A DNA stretch of 64,000 nucleotides from Trichinella spiralis (taxonomy: Eukaryota). The stretch lies in the NCBI RefSeq assembly GCF_000181795.1, contig NW_003526945.1, positions 2,546,488 through 2,610,487 on the forward strand, given 5' to 3'. The notes under the pieces were generated by a model. The model had not been told where the DNA came from and did not search any database. It saw nothing but the letters and a program-made list of their open reading frames with translations. Position 1 is the first letter of the stretch; each line of letters opens with the position of its first letter. Of this stretch, positions 53,020 through 64,000 are shown in pieces. The position numbers and the translations under genes were made by a program.

Positions 53020-53542
53020 TGTTGGCGACGACTATATGCCAACTGGCAGTGGACTGTAATTTTAATGATCTTCAGGCGCAGTTCAGATCGACTCACAGCA
53101 AAGCCGATGAGCTGATCGATACAAGCAAAACAATCACAAGTTTATACTCAAACTTTATTGTGATTCAGGACGAGACAGACTCGATACCAACGAATGATGG
53201 TCACACGTTAAGATCGTAGCTTCGTCTGCGATACTCGCACTTCACTTGATCACACGCTCGCACAAATTCGCTTCCAACCCCGTCGACAACGACAAAATGG
53301 TTGATTCTCCGAGTCTGATCGTCGGAGCCCTTATATAGAATCAACCTAGGTTATCCGCCATTGTTTTCACCGGGTTCAGTGTGTCAGGTCGGTCAGGACG
53401 CAACCTACATACCTCAAAGCGAACCCGCACACGATAAGATTCATACAATCTTATTGTGTTGACCCGTGGCGAAATGCCGTTTTAAAAGTGCCGCGCTGTT
53501 GATCTTCAGGTACAGGAATTACTGTACCTACCGTTTCCAACA
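53020..53542 (-). mobile_element. 523-bp solo LTR (BEL/Pao- or copia-like by 5-bp TSD)
   Basis: TGTTGG...CCAACA inverted termini with a perfect AATTA TSD (53015-53019 and 53543-53547). On the minus strand there is TATATAAG (~53330-53337) and a downstream AATAAA (53154-53159). Confidence 0.9.
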
Positions 53543-54229
53543 AATTATTTAGAGTAGTAATATTTTAAAGTTTATCTTATTACGTGTTCAGTGAAATAGT
53601 TTCAGAAAGTCTTTTTGTAATTCTTTTATTTTCTTAAAAAAATTCCTTTTATTTTCATTCTACAATGTGAAAAATGATGTCCATTTTCCATCTAAGTAAT
53701 TTGAAGTTTTGTGTTGCATAACATCTCAGCATTTAACAGCTTTTTACACCAGTGAATTAGTTTTCTACTGAAGTATAGTGTTTTTTTAACGAATTAATGA
53801 CTGTACGCATTTTCTACTGTCGCTTTTAACTTATTTTATGTGCATTTATAAACGAAGTAAATGCCCAATAAATTCGACGAAATCACAGTTGAGAATTTTC
53901 AATTTTATAACTTCTTCACAAAAAATGAGACTACATTATAATACTTGATTATTGCGAAATATTTTCATGTTTCGTTGTATCATTCTTGAATGTTACAGTA
54001 CTGTAATGCAAGTTCAATTTTTCTTACTGTACATGTTTCGAAAATTTGCATATGGATGTTAAGCTAAATCCGCGTAAAGTTTGAATAATTTATGTTCTCA
54101 GTCTTTTTTGTGAATTAATTGATATTTCATGCAGTATTTCTGTATTTACTTTTGTTTGAGAATTTATTTTGTTAATTTTGTAATCTGCTTTTATACGAAC
54201 GAAAATTTTCAATTTCAGAAGTTGCAGTT

Positions 54230-55096
54230 ATGCCAAAAGAAAAAGGAGCTGCAAGGAGAGTTTCAAAAGGTGTTCAACAACACATTCAGAGTCGTCCAAA
54301 ACGAGCTTGTACGCAGAAAGTGGACTGTGTTACGGATATAGAATCAGTTTTAGAAGCAGAAATGACGTCAAAAAAAGTGATTTCACAGTGGGTTCCTTCA
54401 CAGTGGAAAGCGCAGTTGGAAAATATCCAAAAAATGAGAAGTCAGCGTTTGGCACCGGTGGACACAGTTGGCTGTTCAAAGCTGTTTGATGCAGGCGCAG
54501 ATGAGAAAACAAAGCGATACCAAATTCTTCTTTCGTTGATGCTGTCCAGTCAGACAAAGGACGAAATTACCGCCGCAGCAATGACCAGTCTGAAGAAATA
54601 CGGTTGTTCAGTGAATAAAATTCTTCAAACAGATGAATCCGATTTAGCTGAACTGATTTATCCGGTGGGGTTTTGTAAAAGCAAAGCAAAATATATTAAG
54701 AAGACCACAGAAATTTTGCAAAGTCAATACGACGGAGATATTCCGAAAAGTGTGGACGAGTTGTGCCAATTGCCAGGCGTCGGACCGAAAATGGCACTGC
54801 TTACCATGCTGACCGCTTGGAACCAATGTGAAGGAATTGCCGTTGATACGCATGTGCATCGCATTTCGAATCGTTTGGGTTGGTTGCCTTCGCCAACTAA
54901 ACAGCCTGAACAAACGCGAAAAGGTCTAGAAAATTGGCTTCCGAAAAGCTATTGGCCACAGATTAACAAGTTGTTAGTTGGATTTGGACAAACTGTTTGT
55001 CTTCCGGTCAATCCTCATTGTTCAAATTGTTTGAATTTTTCTATATGTCCACATGCACATGCTCTGCATCAATCAAAATGCAAAAACAAAACTTAA
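54230..55096 (+). CDS. NTHL1: Endonuclease III-like DNA glycosylase/AP lyase, intronless CDS
   Basis: APVDTVGC, LMLSSQTKD, LIYPVGF, HhH LPGVGPKMA (catalytic Lys), IAVDTHVHRISNRLGW (Asp), and C-x6-C-x2-C-x5-C 4Fe-4S motif CLPVNPHCSNCLNFSICP. Confidence 0.98.
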   Translation: MPKEKGAARRVSKGVQQHIQSRPKRACTQKVDCVTDIESVLEAEMTSKKVISQWVPSQWKAQLENIQKMRSQRLAPVDTVGCSKLFDAGADEKTKRYQILLSLMLSSQTKDEITAAAMTSLKKYGCSVNKILQTDESDLAELIYPVGFCKSKAKYIKKTTEILQSQYDGDIPKSVDELCQLPGVGPKMALLTMLTAWNQCEGIAVDTHVHRISNRLGWLPSPTKQPEQTRKGLENWLPKSYWPQINKLLVGFGQTVCLPVNPHCSNCLNFSICPHAHALHQSKCKNKT

Positions 55097-58000
55097 CTGA
55101 AGGTATATTATTTTTATATTTATCTATTTGTATTATTATAACATGCATTTTTGGTTTTTTTGATTTCATTTCCGGAATATCTCTATTCATATATGAGTGT
55201 TAACTTTGTAAAAACAGACTATAAAGTTTGTATACACACTTATTCGATTTGCTGGTATTATTTTGTTGTTCTTGATTTGAATGACACATAGCACGATGCC
55301 CTGGTTGCTAATTCAATGCTTCTTATAAATCAATGTTAACTGTCATTGTTTAAGCAGACGGATTTGAAATTAATGAAACGCACGAAAGAACAGGTAGTTG
55401 ACAGGCAACCGACACAATTGTCGATGTATTTGTGATTTGTTTCCTTCGCAAGAATAGATGAAACTTTTTCATGCAATTGTAATTTCATCTTTTGGCAGGG
55501 TTCAATTTCAAATATTTGATTTAAGAGCATAATTTCAATTGTTTGTTTGTTGAAAGAATTTAGTGGCTGAAATGAAAAATAAGCATTATTAACGAATGCG
55601 TAGCCTGTATATAACGTAATTTAGAAGAAAATCGAAATGATATTTTCTACCCATTGCAGTTGACAGAAATATTTTCTATGATTAATAATGAGTGACGCAT
55701 GTAACATTTCAGTTGTAAACTTTATAAATAAACCAGAAGGAAAGAAGCAAAAGTTGTGCTTAATTTGCATTTTACTCTTGCTGAGCTAAGTCGTAGTCGT
55801 CTAGTTGATCATGAGAAATTCCGCGTGATAATTTAATTATGTTTCTTTTTTGTTTTTCTCATAATCCAGACCTACTTTGAAAGTTGTATTAAATACAATT
55901 ATTTGTAATATCTTTTATTTCGACGACGTCTACATGTTGAACAGTTTTCCAGCTAGCTAACTACCTTTCTGCAGTCAATAGCTATTTGTAGGTTCACATT
56001 AACGGAAAGCAAAATTTCATTATTTCGAAATAATTTCGTTCTCGCTTTTGCATTGCTGCTAATTATTTTGCAATGAAAATAGTAAGCATCAACTGGGGTT
56101 TCGTATCTGATAGAAGAGCTGTATTTAAATTATTGATTGTCGAACGCAATGCTTTATAAAGAAAATGAAAAATATCAGAAGAAGAAACTGCGCAGTTGTT
56201 TGACATCTAGAACAATAATCTATATATTTAATTACTTTATTTTTTAAATAAATAATAAATTAAAATGATCGACTTCAAATAATTTTCACTTTCTGTTTCT
56301 AAATATAGATATCCTTTATTTCATATATATATATATCATTTTTGAAAATGTCAAAACACAATTTTTATATATTCACATTTTACATATCACATGGTCTTTT
56401 TCTTCAGATAAAATTCCTTTTAGGCAAAATATATCAACTTGTCAGTTTTGGAAACACATTTAGTATTATTTAGAATTCCTGGAATAAAATTTATGGGATG
56501 AAATGTATTCCCAAAATAAAATAATTGCATCATTAATATTTCTTTCCGCTGTTATATCGTTAACACATTTTATGCATTTTTTTCAATAATTTCAAATGTT
56601 TAATTAATTTATAAATTATATTTTTAACTTTATTTTTTGTACTTTTTACAGCTTCTTTGAAAATAACGGATAGAATGGAAAGGGATCATTTTCCAAAGCT
56701 TTGTCATGTCATCATACGATAATGTGTTGCAATAGAAAAGAAGAATTTTCAAATGTATTTTGTTAATTAATATGTTTCAGTAATTCTTTTGAAGAAAAAA
56801 TCATATTTTTCTTATGTTATTATGCTTTATTAAAAACCAATGAGGAAGAATTATTGAATTAAAGTTGAAATTAGAAGAAAATTTTTTAATTTTTATTAGT
56901 AAAGAAAATTGAATAAAGCTATCCATTTATTTTGCATTCATTATTCTGCCAGAAAATTGTAAGAATTAAAAGTTTGAGACACACGTTGGAAAGGTGCTCT
57001 CTTGTAGATTAATAAATAACATTGAATGTTATTTCTATAGCTGTTTTGGAAAACCATCCTGAAGCAGTTTAACACAACGTATATTTATTAATAATAAGAG
57101 ATCTTTTTAGATGTTAGAATATTTTTATTTGCATCGACAAAATTAATCAATATATCTAATTGTACGTATCAAATGTGCGATTAAATTCATGGGCAAAAAT
57201 TTTCAAGTAGGCAAAAAAAGAGCCGTTAACGACAGCAATGATCATAATTTATCAGTGTATCATTTCTTATGCTTGACATGAAACGGATAAATTAAAGATA
57301 TTACAAAGGTTCAACAACAAGACAAGCAGCAACAGTCATGCTTCCTTATGGCATTAGTTATGGAGAAACTGCTTTTATTTCGTACGGGAAGAGGGAAAAA
57401 ATCGATTTTTATTTTCCTTCCTTATACAAGGGGAATGAGTCATTTGGATTTTTATTTCACTGTGTACTAGCATTGACGAGCAGAGCTAAAATTTACTAAA
57501 TGTGAACGAATAACTTTCTTAGAAATTACTCAAAATAAAATACAAATATATTACTTATTTGAGGCACTTCATTTGATTGTGCTATTAATGAGTGAAGACA
57601 ATAATGAAATACTGAATCAAGAACTTCATATGAAAATGTATTATTAAATGCCATTGTTATTGATTTCACTTTCAGAAAAGAAAATTGTTTCATTGTCGAT
57701 TTCACCAAATCTAGATGCTTTTTCACACTTTACCCCTATTTTGTAAATCATCGTTTGAAATTTGATTATCATCAAAATCATATTCATTAAAAACATTATA
57801 TTCCATTAAAATTAGGATTCATTGATATAATTGTTCGAAATATATTTGAATAACAAATGCATGCAAATGTTGGCTTGAAACTTTAAGAAAATCAACTTTC
57901 TTCGAATTCTATGAAACATGCAGTTGATATAAGGCCAAAGAGAGATATTTTTCATCCTGTAATAATTCAAACTAATTTTTGTCTTTGATAAAAATTCTTT

Positions 58001-60668
58001 CTTTGAAATATAGTATAGATTGGAATTAACTAAAAATGATAACTTCATTGACTGATTTGTTGCTGACATGGAATAAAGCATTTTATAATGTAATAGTAAT
58101 ACTTTCGGTTATGTTTGTCATTTTTCCAAGCCATCTTATTTATCACCATCATCAGGAAGTGATTCATCAAATAATTTGTTTCACGTTGTTTTAAATATTT
58201 TAAAACTATGATTCACAACTCAATTTATTTTTGTACAGTCATCATTGTGGAGCAATGAGTATTTACTTTCAACGGCACATCAATCTTGCATTTTAATGTA
58301 GTTGTCTGAATCACAGTGTTTATTCACTATTTTTGTCACTTTTTACAACAAATACTGTATTTGGATAGTTTCGAAAATTATTGTTTAAAAATGAATTCTT
58401 TTACAGCACAAGTTGCATCTTAAAGTACTAGTGCTCTTAAGTTCATCAACGTTCTTCTGTGAATTGTATGAACTGGTATATTCACATTTAACAGGTATAA
58501 TTATAACAAATGTTAACAAATCACAATTCAATTATTAATATTGTTAAATTTGCAACACAGTATTATTGAAAAAAGGAGAAAAACAGATGATGTTTGTTCT
58601 GGTTTTGCTTTGTGAATGCTTTTCAAAATGTTGCACACAGCCAAATTGCACTTGGTAAAGATAAAAATAATAATAATAATAATAATAGTAACAGAGAAAA
58701 AAGAACAAGTGATTTCAAATGTCAGTTGGATTCGAAATTTGTTGATGGAAATTGGAAAAAATCCAGTGCTGAAATGTTGTTTCACAATGAGCTATGATTA
58801 ATCACTGATATGCAAATGTTGAATTGTTAATCAGTGAACAGCATCATTGAAATGCAAAATAAAAGTAAACAATGAAATCATCATCATCAAATGGACTACA
58901 AGTCAAGTGAAGAAAATATATTGGTGTTCCTTTTGAAAATTTCAAATTTAGTTTAAGCACTGGAAATAATGTCAAAGAAGTGGCAAGTGTTGAAAAGACT
59001 ACGGCGGACGTGTCTTATTGTTCTGCATCAAGCTGTTCAACACTGTGCTACTTTTCTATTCTTTTCTTTCTTCTTTTTTTTATTTATTGCAAATTTCCCA
59101 ATCACCAGTAAAAAGCTGCATTGAAACATTTCAAATTTCGCAAACTATGCTTATCTTAGCTTGGAATTTTTGCAGCGTTCGTTGAAGTGATGTGTCACAT
59201 TGTTTTGGATGAAAAACGTTCCATTCAAATCTCACCACTATGAAACTTTTTTGATTACATTTCAATGGATGATTAAAATCAAAAGTAAATTAAACTTGTA
59301 AATTCTTTCATTCAGTTATTGTTGTTTCAATTTAAACGATATATATATATATGTATCAATTGTAACCACATCTACAACCCAACGGCAACAGTGAATTGGA
59401 TGGATTGTTAGAAATTTGCATTCAAGAAAAATATGTTCAAAGTGAATTTGGAAAATTAATTCATTGAAATAAAAATGTTTTCATTTTCTGATCACTTCTT
59501 GGACACGACTACTAATAATCATCGTTTAAATGTATGCTGCAGTGGGATTAAAGGTTGTCAAATTGGGAGGTCGCGAACGGCTGTTGTAAGAAATGGTTTT
59601 TCATTTTGCAATGCCGGCACTAATTCTCCCAACGGAACAGCTGTTGTTATAATGCTGCACTGTATAAGATGCAATGGTCGGCGGATGAAATCGATAATGA
59701 GCCATATGGCTAGCAAGCAGGCAGGGGTTGAGCAATGTGAAATAAGCTTGACGAGACATATGCACTGTTGTGTAGTTGTTGTGTTTAGCATTGTTTTGAC
59801 TGTTGCTAAACTGTTTTCAAACAAATCTTATTTCTCTGATTCAACAAAGCCAGAGTTGAAAGGAAGATGCATTACAGAAAAATTCAGCTATTTGGCACTT
59901 TGAAATCAAATTTCCTTTACACCAGTAAATTTGCGATGCTCCCATTGTCGATATCAGGAAATCAGTAATATACGAAAAGGGCAAAATGTGTGATTGTGGA
60001 TAAATCAGAATAAACGCCTGCGGCAGAAAAGTCGAACCAAGATTATAAATTGGCTGGGCATTTTCGGAAATTTGGCAAAATTAGATCCTCCCAAAGTAGC
60101 ATCTGCCTTTTGGACACCGTTTACGTTATTTGAGCGTTGTCTAATTATATAGTGCTTGAGGAAAATCGATTTCTTGCCGTCGAAAAGAGATTTATCTTTT
60201 CCTTCTCGAGCTTAACGGCTTCGGCAAGAAATAAGATAACCGGCGCCGGCACGACGCCAACTAATTGTGTATTGAAACAGCAACAGGCGACCAATCATTG
60301 GTTTGTTTAACAAGTTCTCCAAAACTCTGTTGTGCAATCCATTGGTTGAAACCAAAAACGCTGGCTCCGCCTACTTTGATGCCGTTAAAACAAGCGCTAT
60401 CAAAGCCAGCTTTCATTTTGTGTTGTTTTGGATCAGTAACTTGTTCTCTTTTGTCTGAGCTCTCCCACTTTCTACATACACACCTATTATATGAATATAC
60501 ATGTATAAAGTGAGATGTTGTATATAGAGAGAGAAAGACATGTTGCATAGATATGCATACATATTTATGTGTTTTTTATTATTCAGCTTTTATTATTTAT
60601 AATTTTACAGTACATTTCTGTTTGTTGTAATTTTTTCACTGCATTTAGAAAGAAAGAATTCCAAGACA

Positions 60669-63600
60669 ATGGTTGGTCGTAATCGCTCGTTGCATAAAGT
60701 GGATTACAAAGAGGAAATGGTTTATCTGTTCCAACCACCACGTTCCACTTATATCCCGAACATCTCACCATTTTCACTGAAGTTGGAAACTTGGCTTCGC
60801 ATGAACGAAATTCCATATGAGGTGAGTTTGGATGGGTCAAGGCGGCCCGCCTCTGCAATCATATATTTTTGGAATAGGTTTCGGTCAAGGTCTCTTAGCG
60901 TTGCGTGCAAATCATTTTCTCAGCTTACTCTAATATACATGAAATGAAATTGCTTTTCCTTCTCTTTTCTATTCTTATTCCGTTGTCGTTCTTATCTCTT
61001 CTCCTTTGGCTCCCTGGCTAAACAAACGATTAGTCAAGTCTGAAACGCGTGCTCAGGCAATTTAATTAATCATTGGTTAGCTGGCGTCGCTTAATTGGAC
61101 CTCAGTCCTGCGCGCGTGTATAAGCCGGCCGAGGTTGTGTTCCATATTGTTGTTAGTCAATTTTCAGCCGCGGTTGTCTAATTTTTCTTGATTTTTCCTT
61201 CCCTTCTGAACAATCGTTTTCTGCATTCTAAATCATGATGAATCATTTTCGTTGAGATGATTCATTCGTGCGGGGGCGATAAACTGATAAATTTACGCAT
61301 AGCGTATTAAATCGATTCTTTCCTATCAACTATTTGAAGATTGAAGATTTTACAAATACATTTATTTATTTATTTAATATCATCAAGCAGCTGTTTCAAA
61401 ATTTGTTATATAGCTCTGATCATCAAAAGGTAATAACTATACCGGTTGTAGATCAATTCATAAATGGACAGTGTCGATCATTAAAAACCTGCTCTGCTCA
61501 TCATCTAATAGAAGACAAAATACTGAAGCCAATTATATCAGATAAATGAATCATGGCATGAAAGTCATTATAAATATTATATTACAATTTTAATGTCACA
61601 TTACACATTTTTAATTGCAAAATGATGTTAGAGAAAACTATTTAAACCTTTTCGAATTCTTCTATCACATCGCAATTGTTAGTTAATTTTATAAAATTGC
61701 ATTCTGTAAATGCATAACTGTGAAATATTTTTAACAGCAGGCTGCGAAATGTTCTTTTTAAAATTTTACTATTTTTAGATGTTTTTTTCTCAAAAATCTT
61801 ACTGAACAATGTAACAAAGGTATTTTCATTCATTGACAGACAATCATTTGTAACTTGTTGCAAAAAGAAATATAAATACGAATATATTTATTATTGAATT
61901 GATGTATTAATTATGGGCGTAAAGAATTTCTCACCAGCAGTTGAATAGTACTTCTGTTTAAAATAGCAACATTTGTAAAATGTAATTCTGTTGCATGTTT
62001 ATGTAAAATAGCTCAGAGTTGCAATTTTATTTCATCACATAAAGCAGAGAATTTTTATTTTTTTCGTGTTTTATGTTTTTTTGTTTTGTTTGTTTGAATA
62101 TATCTCATATTAATGAGCACATGGGCATGTGAGATGCTGTTAGGAAATATCCAGAATTGTAGCAATATTGTAACAAGCTAGTGAGACTGATAATGTTGCA
62201 AAAGTTGATCCGTAAAATTCTCGCCTTGTGCTATCGCTTGTCATTATCTGACTGAGCTGACCTTTTCGACATAGTCGGGTTTTTGTTTCCATTATCAAAA
62301 ATGACAATCTGTAAGGCCAAGATCAATTTTCAGAGGGGAGATTGCGGAAAGCGTTGTGGGGCTGGCTGGAGAGATGTACGGAAGGGGTTGGGCTGGGCTG
62401 GGGGGGGGGGAACTATTTCAATTTACGGCATACACTTTAGTGATGAAATTCCAGAAATTCTTGGCAAAAATGTTCACAATTTTTCATTTATCACAAATGT
62501 TTTACTTTTGTTAAGCATTGCACATTGGCAAGCAAAATTTTTCCCAGTTACTAACAGGTACTTTCTCACTTTTTACATTCATCTTGCTGAAAGCATATTT
62601 CAACAATAAAAAAAAGTAAAATAATTCAAATTCCAAAATGATTTTGAACTTGGTGGACAAAAGCAAAAAGTAACACATGCAAAAAAGGGATCGGCATGCA
62701 GGTTGATTTTGCATTCCAATGTGGAGCCAAAAGCTTGTTCATTGCAAATGTGCAAAATTCCAGCCTCGTGGAATGCACATGGGTTAAACAGTTTCAAGTT
62801 GTGTTTGAGCTTTTGCAAAAGCTGGGTCGCATGTCATGCATTCTTGTGTAAAACATTGTAAATAAAGCAAACGGGGGGGGGATACACTTGAATGTTGTGT
62901 GTATTTGCGAATGCAACTCATTTGTATAATTTAAATGTTTCCATTTCCCGGAAGTTTTCTGTAAAATGTTATACAATAAAGCTTAACGCATCAACAATTT
63001 CCTGTTTGCTTAAGCTGAACATTTGAAAAAGAAGTACAGCTGACACATCTGGAAATTCAAAAACAGTCGATTTGGCATTTCCTATTTTCCTTCTTTCTTT
63101 TTTTTTGAAAGAAACATCTGCTACACAGAATATTTTGAAATGTCATTTTTGATATTTTGCTTTGAAAAACTCTTTTCTATTTTAGAAGCTAATGAATTTT
63201 TTGTTGCAATTTTATCAATCAAATATCTGGGGGCTATTGAAGGAAAAATTTAGTGGGCGATGATTGTGCCAATAGCCGAGGAAGTAGTATATTGTGTGAT
63301 ATAGTATTTTTTTTTAATTTTACTGAATTTTTCAAATCTACTGAGAAGAATTGAAATTGGATTGAAAATATATGATGATCTTGCAAGAATGGATTAACTA
63401 CAGCACGCACGCACACACACATTTTATTAGAAAGTTATCATTAAAGTTTAACCGCTCAGAACGCTTACTCTCCCTCACTTACCTGATGCAGTCTTCAATG
63501 ATACCATTAGCAGTTTTCAGTCGTAAAATTGAAGACAAATTAATGATGCCAACTTCCTGCTCAGAAGAGTAGTATATATATAAATGTATACATGCATATA

Positions 63601-64000
63601 CAACTGAATTTGATGAAAAACTGCATCATGCTCAACAGAGGGTATATTCATCCACTCAAGCAATAGAGAATGCAGTTTATTTTGAAATGATATGCAAGTT
63701 TTATAAACTTTTACATGCATTTTTGCAAAACAAGAAGGAAAAAGATATAATTTGCATCAGTTTGTATAATTTTTTCTCATTTTAATTATTATAAAATATT
63801 ATGTTGTATGTTGTAGAGCATTGCTGTCGACATGACCAACACGTCGAAGAAAGGCCAGCTGCCATTTGTTGAGTTGAATGGAAAAGAGATTGCAGATTCC
63901 AATTTTATCATTGACGAGTTGAGCGTTCATTTCAAAAAGGAAGATTGCGAAGACAAAACTGCACTCGAAAAAGCTACACTTCGAGCATTTGAATCGTTGA
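60669..64000 (+). CDS. Failed-axon-connections (FAX)/metaxin-like GST-fold protein, 3' truncated by the window
   Basis: Exon 60669-60821 VYLFQPPRSTYIPNISPFSLKLETWLRMNEIPYE|GTGAG, a 3-kb intron, then exon 63817-64000 SIAVDMTNTSKKGQLPFVELNGKEIADSNFIIDEL. Confidence 0.92.

Noticed and set aside
58420..58442. AAGTACTAGTGC resemblance to miR-252
   Set aside because: Only a 12-nt match and no precursor-length hairpin.
55200..60600. Short ORFs in the NTH1-FAX intergenic region, including 59475-59903
   Set aside because: No recognisable domains or consistent exon chain; composition is typical of chance ORFs in AT-rich DNA.
1..64000. tRNA, rRNA, spliced-leader RNA and CRISPR arrays
   Set aside because: The GTTCGA/TCGAAC words I checked lack cloverleaf context, and no rRNA-like sequence, convincing leader-donor-Sm arrangement or repeat-spacer array was seen by eye.

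Overview
AT-rich eukaryotic genomic DNA with many short (~50-60 nt) GT-AG introns and TTTCAG/TTTTAG acceptors. The gene set and architecture fit a nematode, and a Trichinella-like clade I parasite is my inference. No prokaryotic features (CRISPR, rRNA, tRNA) were seen. Manual splicing gives 14 recognisable protein-coding genes: alpha-L-fucosidase (+), dynactin p22/DCTN3 (-), LSm4 (-), PRELI/slowmo (-), prolyl oligopeptidase (+), secreted semaphorin-2 (+), SRP19 (-), RTF2 (+), SAM50 (-), a POLE4/CHRAC1-like histone-fold protein (+), nucleoporin NDC1 (-), GPATCH1 (+), NTH1 (+) and a FAX/metaxin-like GST (+, runs off the window). The most striking non-genic structure is a ~3-kb inverted duplication (~8.4-11.4 kb and ~45.8-49.0 kb) that brackets eight genes. 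It has a 1,980-bp core of about 97-98% identity flanked on both sides by much older (~60-80%) homology. The core carries a decayed non-LTR retrotransposon endonuclease, and one copy has a clean 240-bp solo-LTR insertion whose empty site survives in the other copy. A second solo LTR with a 5-bp TSD lies between GPATCH1 and NTH1. Protein-level oddities are an intronless LSm4 lacking the RGG tail and a prolyl oligopeptidase with GGSCGG in place of GGSNGG. I did not find an unambiguous new biological system; the homogenised inverted repeat (possible invertible segment or gene-conversion tract) is the best candidate. Identities are by-eye estimates.
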